Source: Bacteroidaceae bacterium
GTDB taxonomy: Bacteria; Bacteroidota; Bacteroidia; Bacteroidales; Bacteroidaceae
Reading direction: 5' to 3'
Length of the DNA: 64,000 nucleotides
Assembly (NCBI GenBank): GCA_900770655.1
Contig: CAAGLA010000034.1
Location: 84,351 to 148,350, forward strand
The notes below the pieces were generated by a model. That model ran no database searches, had not been told where the DNA came from, and worked only from the letters and a program-made list of their open reading frames with translations. The position numbers and the translations under genes are program-made. Numbering within the stretch: the first letter of the stretch is position 1; the number at the start of each line of letters is the position of its first letter. This document shows, piece by piece, positions 52,315 to 63,168 of the stretch.

Positions 52315-52935
52315 ATGAAAAAGAAAGAGACCTCTTCGCTTAGCAAGAAAGAGGCAAGAAAAAGAAATATAATCATTGTTTTGGCTAATCTTTTTGGTAT
52401 AGCCGCGGTTGCTTTTTTGGTTCCGTATTTCACCCTTATGTGGCTCGACAGCTATACGAACCACGGTGAAGAGATTGAAGTGCCCGATATATGCAGAATG
52501 CATCTGGAAGATGCAAAGGCCGAACTGAATAGTCAAGGCTTTACCCTTGAAATACAGAGATATGAATATTCCGAAGGTGCCATAGAAGACGAAGTGCTGG
52601 AACAGTCGCCTGCTGCCGGCTCTATGGTAAAGGAGGGGCGCAAGATTCTTGTTGTCCTCAATACAACGCAGAAGCCGAAAGTCTCTGTGCCGGGTGTCAT
52701 AGACAACTGCTCTATGCGTGAGGCCGAAGCGCGTATTCAGGCAGCCGGCTTCAATATTGTACGTGTCGATACCATCAGGGGCGAAAAGGACTGGGTATAT
52801 AAACTTCGCCACGAAGGCCGTGATTTAACCAATGGAGAACCTATACCAATGGGCTCCGATGTGGTAATTGTTATAGGCAACGGCAACGACAGGGTTGAAA
52901 ATGCTCCTGCGGTAGCAACTGAATATTTCGATTAA
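52315..52935 (+). CDS. PASTA-domain-containing membrane-anchored protein
   Basis: N-terminal TM anchor (IIIVLANLFGIAAVAFLV) followed by two PASTA-like repeats (VEVPDICRMHLEDAKAELNSQGF...; VSVPGVIDNCSMREAEARIQAAGF...). Confidence 0.8.
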   Translation: MKKKETSSLSKKEARKRNIIIVLANLFGIAAVAFLVPYFTLMWLDSYTNHGEEIEVPDICRMHLEDAKAELNSQGFTLEIQRYEYSEGAIEDEVLEQSPAAGSMVKEGRKILVVLNTTQKPKVSVPGVIDNCSMREAEARIQAAGFNIVRVDTIRGEKDWVYKLRHEGRDLTNGEPIPMGSDVVIVIGNGNDRVENAPAVATEYFD

Positions 52936-52938
52936 ATT

Positions 52939-54012
52939 ATGTCTCAAATCGAAGATACCGATATAGACCTGTTCTCTGTTCCCGATGAACTCGAAATGGA
53001 GGAGACCCTCTTTCGGGAAATACGTATTACGGCCGATAGAGGGCAGTCGCTTGTGCGCATAGACAAGTTCCTTATAGACCACGTAGCCAATACATCGCGC
53101 AGTAAAATACAACAGGCGGCCGATGCCGGCTCCATTTCGGTGAACGGCAAGGTGGTAAAGAGCAACTATAAGGTTAAACCATTCGACGAAATTGTAATTA
53201 CTCTTAATACTCCGGCATACGACAACAGCATACTCCCCGAAGATATTCCACTCGATGTGGTGTACGAGGATGACGACCTTATGGTGGTGAACAAACCTGC
53301 CGGCCTTGTCGTGCACCCGGGCTGTGGAAATACCCACGGAACATTGATAAATGCTGTTGCGTGGCATTTGAAGGACAATCCTGAATTCGACCCTAACGAC
53401 CCGCAGGTGGGGCTTGTGCATCGCATAGACAAGAATACATCGGGCTTGCTTGTTGTGGCAAAGACTGCAATGGCGAAAGCGCATTTGGGTATGCAGTTCT
53501 TTAACAAAACAACCAAACGCACATACAATGCCGTGGTGTGGGGTTCAATGAAGGAAGATGCCGGAACGGTGGTGGGCAACATAACCCGCAATCCCCGCAA
53601 TCGATTGCAGATGTGTGTGTCGCCCGATGAAAATATTGGCAAGCACGCTGTTACCCATTATCGCGTGCTCGAAAGACTAAGCTATGTTACGCTTGTGGAG
53701 TGTAATTTGGAGACAGGCCGCACTCACCAGATAAGGGTTCATCTTAAACATATAGGCCACATCCTATTCAACGACGATGTCTATGGCGGTGATGAAATTC
53801 TTAAAGGAACCAATTTCAGCAAATATAGCCAATTTGTGCGTAACTGTTTTAAACAATGTCCTCGTCAGGCGCTTCACGCAAAGACTTTAGGCTTTGTCCA
53901 CCCTCGTACAGGGGAGGAAATGTATTTCGATTCTTCTTTGCCCGAGGATTTTCTCTCTATGCTTGAATCGTGGAGACGTTATTCCAGTGCGAGTGCTGGT
54001 TTCCAGCAGTGA
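52939..54012 (+). CDS. rluD: RluA-family 23S rRNA pseudouridine synthase (RluD-like) with an S4 domain
   Basis: S4 RNA-binding N-terminus (RIDKFLIDHV) and the catalytic motif HRIDKNTSGLLVVAKT. 357 aa. Confidence 0.9.
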   Translation: MSQIEDTDIDLFSVPDELEMEETLFREIRITADRGQSLVRIDKFLIDHVANTSRSKIQQAADAGSISVNGKVVKSNYKVKPFDEIVITLNTPAYDNSILPEDIPLDVVYEDDDLMVVNKPAGLVVHPGCGNTHGTLINAVAWHLKDNPEFDPNDPQVGLVHRIDKNTSGLLVVAKTAMAKAHLGMQFFNKTTKRTYNAVVWGSMKEDAGTVVGNITRNPRNRLQMCVSPDENIGKHAVTHYRVLERLSYVTLVECNLETGRTHQIRVHLKHIGHILFNDDVYGGDEILKGTNFSKYSQFVRNCFKQCPRQALHAKTLGFVHPRTGEEMYFDSSLPEDFLSMLESWRRYSSASAGFQQ

Positions 54013-54048
54013 TGATTGTGGTAGAAAACGGGCAGCGGCAATTTTTTT

Positions 54049-54897
54049 CTATCTGATGAGCAGGCTTTCGAGTTGTTGCAATTCTCCGTTGAATACATTG
54101 ATGTCTACCTTGCGGTTGATGCCGGGTATCTCGCCCTTGTCGGTGCATTGCCATATAAGCCATTCTGTCTCAACTTCTAACTTTTCTACGTAGTAGTGTG
54201 CTATCCACGTGGGGAAGCGGTCGAAGAACTTGTCGTAAAGATATTTCTCCTTGTAGTTCTTGCCCGAATAGATTATGGGCATAACTCCGTAGTGCTCTTC
54301 TATTTTGGCAATGAAAATCTTGAGTTCCTCAATGAATTTTGCCTTGTCTTCGGGTATCTCTTCGACATCTACCATTGGCGGCAGGTCGCCTTTCTCAACA
54401 GCTACGTTGTTTATGAACATATTTGCCTGAGCAAGCCCGGTTGATGTGGTGCTGAAGTAGTGATATGCTCCGCGCAGGAATCCCCCCTTTTTTGCTTGGG
54501 CCCAGTTTTCATCGAAGCGTGTGTCCTTGTGGTCGCTGCCTTCGGTCGCTTTCATATACACGAAACTTATAGGCGCGTCGTGCTGGTTCTCTTTGCTGAA
54601 TTCCTCCCAGTCGATATCTCCTTGATGGTGCGATATGTCAATGCCGAATACCGAGTATCCGTTTGGAATACAGGTGCTGAATATCTTTGTACCATTGCAG
54701 GGTGTGAAACGGTATATTATCTCTTTCAAGAACAGATGGTAGGTGCAGAACAGTGCAAACGCAGTTACGGCGGCAACAGCTATAACCTGTTTCCACCGGG
54801 CAGTCTGCGGGCGCTTGCCTCGCGAAGATGATGGTCGGCGGGTGGAACGTCTATTCCGCCCGCCGGCCTTCTTCAATATTTTCTTAGCATCTGCCAT
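54049..54897 (-). CDS. Glycoside hydrolase family 25 lysozyme (muramidase), membrane-anchored
   Basis: GIDISHHQGDIDWEEF and FVYMKATEG motifs of GH25. Polybasic N-terminus (KKAGGRNRRSTRRPSSSRGKRPQTARWK) followed by one TM helix. Confidence 0.85.
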   Translation of the reverse strand: MADAKKILKKAGGRNRRSTRRPSSSRGKRPQTARWKQVIAVAAVTAFALFCTYHLFLKEIIYRFTPCNGTKIFSTCIPNGYSVFGIDISHHQGDIDWEEFSKENQHDAPISFVYMKATEGSDHKDTRFDENWAQAKKGGFLRGAYHYFSTTSTGLAQANMFINNVAVEKGDLPPMVDVEEIPEDKAKFIEELKIFIAKIEEHYGVMPIIYSGKNYKEKYLYDKFFDRFPTWIAHYYVEKLEVETEWLIWQCTDKGEIPGINRKVDINVFNGELQQLESLLIR

Positions 54898-54910
54898 TAA
54901 ATGACTTTAC

Positions 54911-56557
54911 TTACTTCTGCTGCTCAAGAGCAAGAGTCTTTGTTGTCTGGTCGCATACCTCAGTAGGTCCAAAGTACTGTATTGGGCCGGGGTATACATA
55001 ACAGGTCTCTTTTGCCCACAATTCTCTGTTTGCTGCAAACTTCTTGAATGGCGCGCCGTTCAGGTCAACGAGAGCCTTCTGAATAACAGGCTTCATTTCT
55101 CCGTGACGACGTTCCATATTCATCATCATAGTGATAGGTATACCACCGGCAACCCATTCTGCTGCAGGAGCAGTGGTGTTGCGTACCGATGACATATAAC
55201 CTGTCTTTCCGGCGGCAATCAACTGTGAAGCGTTGTAACCGAGAGCATAGCAGTAGTCGGCATCGTAGTTCGAAGGAGCTGCGCAACGTCCTTCGTAACC
55301 GAAGAAGTGGTGCTGTGCGTTGAACTTGCCTGTGTACTTGCCTTCTGCTTTCCAAGCTGCGAGCTTGCCTGCAACCATTTCTGAAAGGAGCTTTTCTGTC
55401 TCAATGAGTGAAACCTGAACGTTACCGTGCGGGTCGCGGTCCATTGTGAGCTGGCGTGCTACGCCTGCAGGGAGGCTGGCATAAACATCGGCATTGTCCT
55501 TAGAGAGATTGTCTATAATATATTGACGCTTGTCGGCTGCTGCAACCGCATTGTACTCCTCGCCCTTAACTGCCAAAAGGTCGTTGAGCTCGGCAATGAG
55601 TGATTTCATCGCGGGTATGAACTCTATGAGGCCTTCGGGGATAAGAACTGTACCGAAGTTGTTGCCGTCGGCCGCGCGTGATGCAACGGCGGTTGCAATG
55701 GCTGTAACAATATCGTCGAGTGAAAGAGCCTTCTGCTCAACCTCTTCCGAAATGATACAGTAGTTGGGCTGTGTCTGCAAAGCGCACTCAAGTGCAATGT
55801 GTGAAGCCGAACGGCCCATAAGCTTAATGAAGTGCCAGTATTTTCTTGCAGAGTTACAGTCGCGCTGAATGTTGCCTATAACCTCTGAATATACCTTGCA
55901 GGCTGTGTCGAAACCGAAAGATGTCTCAATGTAGGCATTCTTCAGGTCGCCGTCGATAGTCTTTGGACAACCTATTACCTGTACACCGGTGTTCTTTGCA
56001 GCGTAGTACTCGGCAAGAACGCAGGCGTTGGTGTTTGAGTCGTCACCACCGATAATTACAAGAGCCTTAATGTCGAGCTCTTTAATAATCTCGAGACCTT
56101 TGTCGAACTGCTCGGTCTTTTCAAGCTTTGTACGGCCGGAACCAATGATGTCGAAACCGCCTGTGTTGCGGTACTCGTCCATCAGCTCTGCTGTAATTTC
56201 AATATATTTGTGGTCTACCAAACCGCCGGGGCCCATAAGGAAACCGTAAAGACGGCTGTTTGCGTTGAGTTTCTTTACACCGTCGAAAAGGCCGGCAATA
56301 ACGTTGTGACCGCCGGGAGCCTGTCCGCCTGAAAGGATAACACCTACATTGATAGCAGGCCACTCCTTCTCCTCGCCGCCCTTCTCGAATGTAACGATAG
56401 GAAGGCCGTATGTGTTGGGGAACATAGCCTTAATAGCCTCTTGGTCTGCTACCGATTCTGTTGCAGCACCTTCACAAAGTTTAACTGTCTCTGTCAATGC
56501 CTGTGGCAGTTTGGGCTGGTATGCAGCCCTTGCTTTTTGCAATGCGCTAATTTCCAT
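54911..56557 (-). CDS. pfp: Diphosphate--fructose-6-phosphate 1-phosphotransferase (PPi-dependent PFK)
   Basis: 548-aa long-form PFK with [26 protein letters not shown] and PKTIDGDL motifs. Confidence 0.9.
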   Translation of the reverse strand: MEISALQKARAAYQPKLPQALTETVKLCEGAATESVADQEAIKAMFPNTYGLPIVTFEKGGEEKEWPAINVGVILSGGQAPGGHNVIAGLFDGVKKLNANSRLYGFLMGPGGLVDHKYIEITAELMDEYRNTGGFDIIGSGRTKLEKTEQFDKGLEIIKELDIKALVIIGGDDSNTNACVLAEYYAAKNTGVQVIGCPKTIDGDLKNAYIETSFGFDTACKVYSEVIGNIQRDCNSARKYWHFIKLMGRSASHIALECALQTQPNYCIISEEVEQKALSLDDIVTAIATAVASRAADGNNFGTVLIPEGLIEFIPAMKSLIAELNDLLAVKGEEYNAVAAADKRQYIIDNLSKDNADVYASLPAGVARQLTMDRDPHGNVQVSLIETEKLLSEMVAGKLAAWKAEGKYTGKFNAQHHFFGYEGRCAAPSNYDADYCYALGYNASQLIAAGKTGYMSSVRNTTAPAAEWVAGGIPITMMMNMERRHGEMKPVIQKALVDLNGAPFKKFAANRELWAKETCYVYPGPIQYFGPTEVCDQTTKTLALEQQK

Positions 56558-56750
56558 ATTGTTTATGTATAAAGTTGATAGATTAATTCAAATTACCCGC
56601 AAATTTCGTTTTTTTTTGTGAGAATTAAAAGCGCTTTACTCTTTTTATTTGTCCGCAAATGCAAATATTCTATTTTTTGTCCTATTAGTTGCATAGTATA
56701 AATGATTTACATATCTTTACAGAGATAAATCTTATTTAAAATCTACAATT

Positions 56751-57029
56751 ATGGCAAGCAAGAAGAATTTGAAGAAAGTGATAACATTTGTGGCAGATGA
56801 GTTGGCAACAGAGGCATTTATCATATCCAACGGTGCTCAGAACAATACAGACGAGTGGATAGATGTGCTAAACAAGATATTTGCTTTGAATGTAGAATAC
56901 ATAGCACGTGTCAACCACGTTGAACCCGGTGTGGCTCCAAAGAAATATTTCAATACGCTTTGCGATTCGTTCAATGCCGATGCTAAGGCAATTCTCGCAA
57001 CAATAACAGAACTGGCAAAGAAAGGATAA
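56751..57029 (+). CDS. Hypothetical small helical protein (92 aa)
   Basis: An ATG-initiated ORF after a 193-nt AT-rich intergenic region. It ends 6 nt before the next gene on the same strand. No recognisable motif. Confidence 0.55.
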   Translation: MASKKNLKKVITFVADELATEAFIISNGAQNNTDEWIDVLNKIFALNVEYIARVNHVEPGVAPKKYFNTLCDSFNADAKAILATITELAKKG

Positions 57030-57035
57030 AAGCCA

Positions 57036-59999
57036 ATGATAAAACGTTTTTTATTGATGGCCGCCTGCACACTTTGTGCGACGGCCTTGTTTTCACAATC
57101 ACTAAGCAGCGGCGAAAAATCCTCCATAGCGGAATTTATAAGGGATTTTGAGTCTCCGCGTTCTTGTCTTCGCGGCTATAGGATAGATACCGACCGCAGC
57201 AACAATCTAGTTCTCGACAACAGCTCGAAGCGGCTCACAGTCTATGTCAACTACCGTTTTGCCCAGCAACCGTTCACTCCCGGCCTTGTAGATTCAATAT
57301 ATGACGGAATACGCGAACTCTTGCCCCGCAGCTTGCGCCGTTACGACATACGCGTAGTCTTTGGCGGCCGTACAATAGATGAACTAATACCTAATATATA
57401 CCGTACAGAAGGTGTCGATAATACCCGCTTGTGGGGTAGTGTGGAATATACCGGAGCACCGTGGGTAAGCAATGTCTCGCGCCCCTACAAGGTTGATGCC
57501 GGCCTTGCCGGCAGGCATATAGCCCTATGGCAGAGCCACGGCTACTACTACCACAACGACCTTGCTACTTGGCGCTGGCAGCGTCCTCGTCTCTATTGTA
57601 CAACCGAGGACCTCTTTACCCAGTCTATAGTAGTGCCGTTCCTTATGCCTATGCTCGAGAATGCCGGTGCGTTGGTTTATACTCCCCGCGAACGCGATTG
57701 GCAGGTGAATAGTGTGATTGTCGACAACGATTCGCGTGAAGGTGCATCGAGATACATTGAAAAGAATGGCCGTAATGGCGAATGGGCTGCTCGCGAGAGT
57801 GGATATGCTCCGGCAAAGGATGTATATATAGACAGAGAAAACCCATTTTCAATGGGAACTTCGCGCTGTATATCAACCAGCCGTAGCGGCCGAACAGATG
57901 CCGAAATCCAGTGGCTCCCCGATATCCCTGCCGACGGCAGCTATGCAGTCTATGTGGCATACGAAACTTTCTCGAACTCTATCCCCGATGCAGCCTATAC
58001 AGTTATGCATAGCGGCGGTGAAACCAAGTTCAAGGTAAACCAGACAATGGGTGGTGGCACTTGGGTATATCTTGGTACATTTGAATTCAAGAAGGGGGTT
58101 AAAGAGAGACAGGGTGTCTTGCTGAGCAATAATAGTGAACACTCCGGTGTGGTAAGTGCCGATGCTGTGCGCTTCGGTGGCGGTATGGGCTGTGTGGCTC
58201 GTGGAGAAACGCCGGAAACAAGCGGTTTGCCGCGTTATGTAGAGGGTGCGCGTTATACTCTTCAGTTATCGGGCTTCCCGTACAATGTATATTCTGCTTC
58301 GGCCGAAGATGAAAAGTCGGACAAGACTGATGACACTAACTGCCGTTCGCACGCAGTGAATTACCTGTCGGGCGGTTCTGTGTATAACCCCGACACGGTA
58401 GGGTTGGGCGTTCCTTTAGAGTTTTCATTCGGTTTTCACTCCGATGCCGGTTACGATGCAAACGATAAGGTTGTTGGCTCTCTTGCCATTGTGCAGACAC
58501 TGGAGAACGGCGGAGAACTGCGTAGCGGTCCTTCGCGCCTTATGTCGCGCGATGCTGCGTCGCTGCTGTTGAACAACCTTCAGGCCGATCTATCGGCCCG
58601 TTACGGTTTTCATTGGCCAGTCCGTGCCATTTACGATGCCTACTTGCAGCGCAACGGCCGCAAAAGGCAGAACTATAGCGAGGCGCGTCTGCCATTGGTG
58701 CCTTCAATGATTTTTGAATCGTTGTCGCACCAGAACTTCATAGATATGGTCTATGGCCACAGCCCCGACTTCAAGTTCACTCTTGCCCGTTCGGTCTACA
58801 AGTCTATGCTTCGCCATTTGTGCTATGTGCATAATGCGGAATATGTAGTGCAGCCTTTGCCTGTCGGAAATATGTCGTTGTCCTTGTCGGCCGACAACCG
58901 CGTTGCCACACTACGCTGGTCGCCGGTGGAAGATCCTCTGGAGCCCACGGCAAAGCCTACGGGCTATGTGGTTTATACAAAAATAGGCAACGGCGGCTTC
59001 GATAACGGAACTGTAATTAACAGAACTCATTGCACCATACAGGTTCAGCCGGGTGTAATATACAGTTTTAAGGTAGCTGCCCTTAACAAGGGTGGAGAGA
59101 GCCTTCCGTCGGAAGAACTCTCACTCTATGTCGCTCCCGAAGAGAAAGGGCGTGTACTTGTTGTCAATGGTTTTCATCGTTTGAGTGCTCCTCAGGTGGT
59201 TTCAACCGGTACAATGGCCGGGTTCGATATGGAAGCCGACCCGGGTGTTCCCTATATGCATACTCCTGAGTATTGTGGCCCGCAGCTCGACTTCCTGCGT
59301 GAAAACATAGGCAACGAGAGTGGCTTGGGGCTTAGCGGCAGTTCATACGAAGGTAAGCTTATAGCCGGAAACACATTCGATTATCCGTATGTTCACGGCG
59401 AGGCGCTTGCCGCAAATGGCATAAGTTATGTGTCGTGCAGCAGTGAAGCTGTTATGAACGGAACTGTAAATCTTGGAGACTACAAGGTGGTTGACCTTAT
59501 CTTGGGTGTTGAGAAACAGGGCGATAAAGGTTCTTATCTCGGGTATAACCGTCCTTACAAGACTTTCCCTCTGCAACTTCAGGAGAAGATTGCTTCGTTC
59601 TGCAACAACGGCGGCAGTCTTTTTGTGAGCGGTGCATTTCTTGCCAGCGATATGACAAAGAACTCGCAAGACCATAATTTTATAAAGAACGTGTTGCACG
59701 TAGATTATGGCGGTTCTGTAACCGACCTTTCGGAAAATATCATTACAGGTTCCGGCTTGTGTATGAACTTCAGGCGTGGCGCAAATGAAGAGTGCTATGC
59801 GGTATCGCGTCCCGATATTCTAGTTCCTGTAGACAATGCATTTGTATCCTTTGTCTTTGACGGCAGCAAGCAGAGTGCCGGAGTTGCATACGCAGGCGAT
59901 TACCGTGTAATATCCACCAGTTTCCCCTTTGAGAGTGTAACCGATTCTGAATTGCGCAGCAAGTTAATGGGAGCGGTAATGAGATTTCTTATGAGGTAA
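57036..59999 (+). CDS. Large secreted protein with a golvesin-C-terminal-like domain and an FN3-like domain (the family is, as I recall, often annotated as xanthan lyase or amidase-related)
   Basis: Signal peptide MIKRFLLMAACTLCATALFSQ. The segment DGSYAVYVAYETFSNSIPDAAYTVMHSGGETKFKVNQTMGGGTWVYLGTFEFKKG fits the golvesin-like domain pattern. An FN3-like segment is LRWSPVEDPLEPTAKPTGYVVYTK...YSFKVAALNKGGES. Function not established. Confidence 0.6.
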   Translation: MIKRFLLMAACTLCATALFSQSLSSGEKSSIAEFIRDFESPRSCLRGYRIDTDRSNNLVLDNSSKRLTVYVNYRFAQQPFTPGLVDSIYDGIRELLPRSLRRYDIRVVFGGRTIDELIPNIYRTEGVDNTRLWGSVEYTGAPWVSNVSRPYKVDAGLAGRHIALWQSHGYYYHNDLATWRWQRPRLYCTTEDLFTQSIVVPFLMPMLENAGALVYTPRERDWQVNSVIVDNDSREGASRYIEKNGRNGEWAARESGYAPAKDVYIDRENPFSMGTSRCISTSRSGRTDAEIQWLPDIPADGSYAVYVAYETFSNSIPDAAYTVMHSGGETKFKVNQTMGGGTWVYLGTFEFKKGVKERQGVLLSNNSEHSGVVSADAVRFGGGMGCVARGETPETSGLPRYVEGARYTLQLSGFPYNVYSASAEDEKSDKTDDTNCRSHAVNYLSGGSVYNPDTVGLGVPLEFSFGFHSDAGYDANDKVVGSLAIVQTLENGGELRSGPSRLMSRDAASLLLNNLQADLSARYGFHWPVRAIYDAYLQRNGRKRQNYSEARLPLVPSMIFESLSHQNFIDMVYGHSPDFKFTLARSVYKSMLRHLCYVHNAEYVVQPLPVGNMSLSLSADNRVATLRWSPVEDPLEPTAKPTGYVVYTKIGNGGFDNGTVINRTHCTIQVQPGVIYSFKVAALNKGGESLPSEELSLYVAPEEKGRVLVVNGFHRLSAPQVVSTGTMAGFDMEADPGVPYMHTPEYCGPQLDFLRENIGNESGLGLSGSSYEGKLIAGNTFDYPYVHGEALAANGISYVSCSSEAVMNGTVNLGDYKVVDLILGVEKQGDKGSYLGYNRPYKTFPLQLQEKIASFCNNGGSLFVSGAFLASDMTKNSQDHNFIKNVLHVDYGGSVTDLSENIITGSGLCMNFRRGANEECYAVSRPDILVPVDNAFVSFVFDGSKQSAGVAYAGDYRVISTSFPFESVTDSELRSKLMGAVMRFLMR

Positions 60000-60003
60000 C
60001 TCC

Positions 60004-60615
60004 CTACTCAAAAGATAGTTCCAACTGTTTTGGTTCTTCGCCCAAGAGGTTGAACGTCATTCTGTGGTAGGGGGTTGTGCCGAACTCGCGTATAGCTGCA
60101 CGGTGAGCAGCTGTGGGGTAGCCCTTGTTGCTTTGCCAGTCGTACATTGGGTACTCCTTTGCAATGCGCATCATATAGTCGTCGCGGTAGGTCTTTGCAA
60201 GTATAGAGGCCGCCGCGATGCTCATATATGTAGCGTCGCCTTTTACAACTGTGCAGTGTGTTGTGCCGGGGTAGGGTGTGAATTTGTTGCCGTCTACCAA
60301 CAGGTGCTGTGGGCGGGTCTTAAGGGCGTCTACGGCGCGGTGCATTGCAAGTATAGATGCGCGAAGAATGTTTATCTTGTCAATTTCGGCGGCTGTTACA
60401 ATACCTACCGACCACGCTATGGCATCTCTTTCAATTATTTCACGCAGCTTGTATCGCTTGGCTTCGGTGAGCTGTTTAGAGTCGTTAAGCAGTTCGTTGG
60501 TGTAGTCGGGCGGTAGAATTACCGCAGCTGCGTATACGTCGCCTGCAAGGCAGCCGCGGCCCGCTTCATCGCAACCGGCCTCTATTACACCCTCTTTCTG
60601 GTATTGCTTCAACAT
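60004..60615 (-). CDS. rnhB: Ribonuclease HII
   Basis: [19 protein letters not shown] catalytic motif and DSKQLT. 203 aa. Its start codon shares one base with the sufS stop (TAATG). Confidence 0.92.
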   Translation of the reverse strand: MLKQYQKEGVIEAGCDEAGRGCLAGDVYAAAVILPPDYTNELLNDSKQLTEAKRYKLREIIERDAIAWSVGIVTAAEIDKINILRASILAMHRAVDALKTRPQHLLVDGNKFTPYPGTTHCTVVKGDATYMSIAAASILAKTYRDDYMMRIAKEYPMYDWQSNKGYPTAAHRAAIREFGTTPYHRMTFNLLGEEPKQLELSFE

Positions 60616-61826
60616 TATTCAAACATTTTTGCGGCTCTTGCAATTCCTTCCACAAGCCTGTCAACCTCTTCTTTTGTATTATATGCCGCAAAAGATGCCC
60701 TTACCGTACCGGGTATTCCCAGACACTCCATAAGCGGCTGTGCACAATGGTGTCCTGTACGCACGGCAATGCCCAGCCTGTCGAGGATTGTTCCTAAATC
60801 GGACGGGTGAATATTCCCTACAAGGAACGAAACGGCTGCGCTGTCGGGCTTGCCTAATATGCGCATTCCTTTTATTGCACTGAGCTGCTCGACGGCATAC
60901 CGGGTGAGCTCTCTCTCGTGCGTGGCAATAGCTTCTATACCAAGACTTTCTACCCACTCAAGTGCTTTCCCTAAAGCTATTGCACCTACATAGTCCGGTG
61001 TTCCGGCCTCAAATTTATAGGGCAGGGTGTTGTATGTTGTCCCTTCGAAACGTACTGTCTTAATCATCTCTCCGCCACCGTGGTAGGGCTGCATAGAACT
61101 GAGCAGTTCCTCCTTTCCGTATAGCACTCCAATACCGGTGGGGGCATATATCTTGTGCCCGCTGAATGCAAAGAAGTCGGCATCGAGCTGTTGTATATCT
61201 ATTGCGGTGTGCGGAATGCTCTGTGCGCCGTCTATGAGAACCGGTACACCTGCAGCGTGGGCAATCTCTATAATCTCTTTAATGGGGTTGGTTACGCCAA
61301 GCACGTTTGAAACGTTTGTTACGCTCACAAGCCTTGTACGGTTGCTCAGCAGTTGCTTGTATGTTTCAATGTCGAGCGTGCAGTCGTCTCTGAGTGGTAT
61401 TACACGCAGGACAACTCCTTTGCGCTCGCACAGCATCTGCCACGGTACAATGTTGCTGTGGTGCTCCATAGCCGATACTATAATCTCGTCGCCTTCGCTA
61501 AGGAAAGTATTGCCGATTGATGCTGCAACAAGGTTTATGCTCTCTGTTGTACCGCGTGTGAATATTATCTCGCTGGTGCTTCCGGCATTTATGAACCTCT
61601 GTACCCTTTGACGTGCTTTCTCCATTGCTTCTGTTGCAACTTGTGAGAGGTGATGTACTCCGCGGTGAACGTTGGCATTGCAGGTGGTGTATATGCGGCA
61701 CATTTCATCTATTACACACTGAGGCTTCTGTGTAGTGGCAGCGTTGTCGAGGTATACAAGCGGTTTGCCATACACTCTTTCGGTGAGTATGGGGAATTGC
61801 TTGCGTATATCGTCTGTGTTCAACAT
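60615..61826 (-). CDS. sufS: Cysteine desulfurase SufS (class V aminotransferase, group II)
   Basis: PLP-lysine region [19 protein letters not shown] and the active-site Cys loop [11 protein letters not shown]. 403 aa, downstream of sufD. Confidence 0.92.
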   Translation of the reverse strand: MLNTDDIRKQFPILTERVYGKPLVYLDNAATTQKPQCVIDEMCRIYTTCNANVHRGVHHLSQVATEAMEKARQRVQRFINAGSTSEIIFTRGTTESINLVAASIGNTFLSEGDEIIVSAMEHHSNIVPWQMLCERKGVVLRVIPLRDDCTLDIETYKQLLSNRTRLVSVTNVSNVLGVTNPIKEIIEIAHAAGVPVLIDGAQSIPHTAIDIQQLDADFFAFSGHKIYAPTGIGVLYGKEELLSSMQPYHGGGEMIKTVRFEGTTYNTLPYKFEAGTPDYVGAIALGKALEWVESLGIEAIATHERELTRYAVEQLSAIKGMRILGKPDSAAVSFLVGNIHPSDLGTILDRLGIAVRTGHHCAQPLMECLGIPGTVRASFAAYNTKEEVDRLVEGIARAAKMFE

Positions 61827-61833
61827 CTCTTTC

Positions 61834-63168
61834 TTATTTACAAAGATTACAGCTTTTGCAGCGGTTGAGTTCGCCGCGGAACCTCTTTTCTATGAGCAGG
61901 TGCAACCGGTCGCGAATGGCATCAATATTGATATTTTCTATAACTTCTCCTGCAAAAGCGTACATAAGCAGATGACGTGCCTCGTCGGCCGGTATTCCTC
62001 GTTGCTGCATATAGAAAAGTGCATTCTCGTCTAATTGTCCGGCTGTTGAGCCGTGGCTGCACTTTACATCGTCGGCGTATATCTCGAGCTGTGGCTGTGC
62101 AAACATTCTTGCACAGCTTGTGAGGCAGAGGTTGCGGTTGGTCTGCTGTGAGGTTGTGTGCTGTGCCCCGGGTTGAATGAGCATCTTTCCCGCAAAGACT
62201 GCTGTTGACTCTTCGTCGAGAATGTATTTGTACAGTTCGTTGCTTGCTGTGTGGCTGCATTTGTGCTCTACAAGGGTGCGGTTGTCTATGTGCTGTCGCT
62301 TGTCGCCTATCGCCAGCCCGTTTATACAGCACTCAGCACCTTTTCCATTCAGCAAGACTTCAACCCTGTTTCTTGTGAATCCGTTTGTCAGGGTTATGTT
62401 ACAATGATTGAAGTGGCTGTCGGCTGCCTGTTCCACGTATATGTTGGCAATTCTTGTATTGCTCTCTGCTGTTTCCTCTATCTCATAGAGGTCGAGCGAT
62501 GCACCACGCTCTACGAATATTTCTGTTACAAGTGTCGACAGCGATAGCTTATCCTGCGAGGAGTGGTCGCACAAAAGAAGGCTTGCCTTGCTGTTTTCGC
62601 CTGCGATAATGAGCAGACGTCTGCTCGACAGCATATCTACATTTGCCTTTACTAGCGCAACAATCTGTATTGTTTTTTCAATGTTTGTGTTAGCAGGTAT
62701 GTAAAGAAGAACGCCGTCTTGTACAAATGCAGTGTTGAAAAGGGCTATGCTGTCGCCTTTGCTTGCCAGCCTGTTATAGTAGGGGGCAAGTAGAGAAGGG
62801 CTCTTTTCGGCTATGGCGTTGAGGCTGTCGAGTATCACCCCATTGGGCAAAGCCTTGTTTTCGCTTGTGTGGAATGTGTCGTTTACAATATATGCCTTGT
62901 GCGTACTGAGGTTCGGCACGTCGCAGGTAAATATCTCTGTCGGCACCACATTGGTTGTTACGCGACCCAGATTCATCCCAAAATCGGCTGCAAATCTTTT
63001 GGCAATATCGGTGTGCAGCCAATCCTCTTCGGTTGGCTTGGGGAAGAGAGCCTCTTTGAATTTCTCAAAGGCCTCTTGCCGTTCGCTGTTCAGCAGAGCG
63101 GAAGAGTGGCTCTCTATGAGCTCTCTGTTCTTCTCAAAAATATCTATGTACTCCTCTTCGTGGCTCAT
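61834..63168 (-). CDS. sufD: Fe-S cluster assembly protein SufD
   Basis: 444 aa between sufC and sufS. The C-terminal beta-helix region has SufB/D-family motifs (HTASNELYKYILDEESTAVFAGKMLI...EIYADDVKCSHGSTAGQLDENALFYMQQRGI). Confidence 0.88.
   Translation of the reverse strand: MSHEEEYIDIFEKNRELIESHSSALLNSERQEAFEKFKEALFPKPTEEDWLHTDIAKRFAADFGMNLGRVTTNVVPTEIFTCDVPNLSTHKAYIVNDTFHTSENKALPNGVILDSLNAIAEKSPSLLAPYYNRLASKGDSIALFNTAFVQDGVLLYIPANTNIEKTIQIVALVKANVDMLSSRRLLIIAGENSKASLLLCDHSSQDKLSLSTLVTEIFVERGASLDLYEIEETAESNTRIANIYVEQAADSHFNHCNITLTNGFTRNRVEVLLNGKGAECCINGLAIGDKRQHIDNRTLVEHKCSHTASNELYKYILDEESTAVFAGKMLIQPGAQHTTSQQTNRNLCLTSCARMFAQPQLEIYADDVKCSHGSTAGQLDENALFYMQQRGIPADEARHLLMYAFAGEVIENINIDAIRDRLHLLIEKRFRGELNRCKSCNLCK

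Noticed and set aside
52825-53642. 219-aa and 158-aa minus-strand ORFs opposite rluD
   Set aside because: They are antisense shadows of a gene with the HRIDKNTSG catalytic motif.
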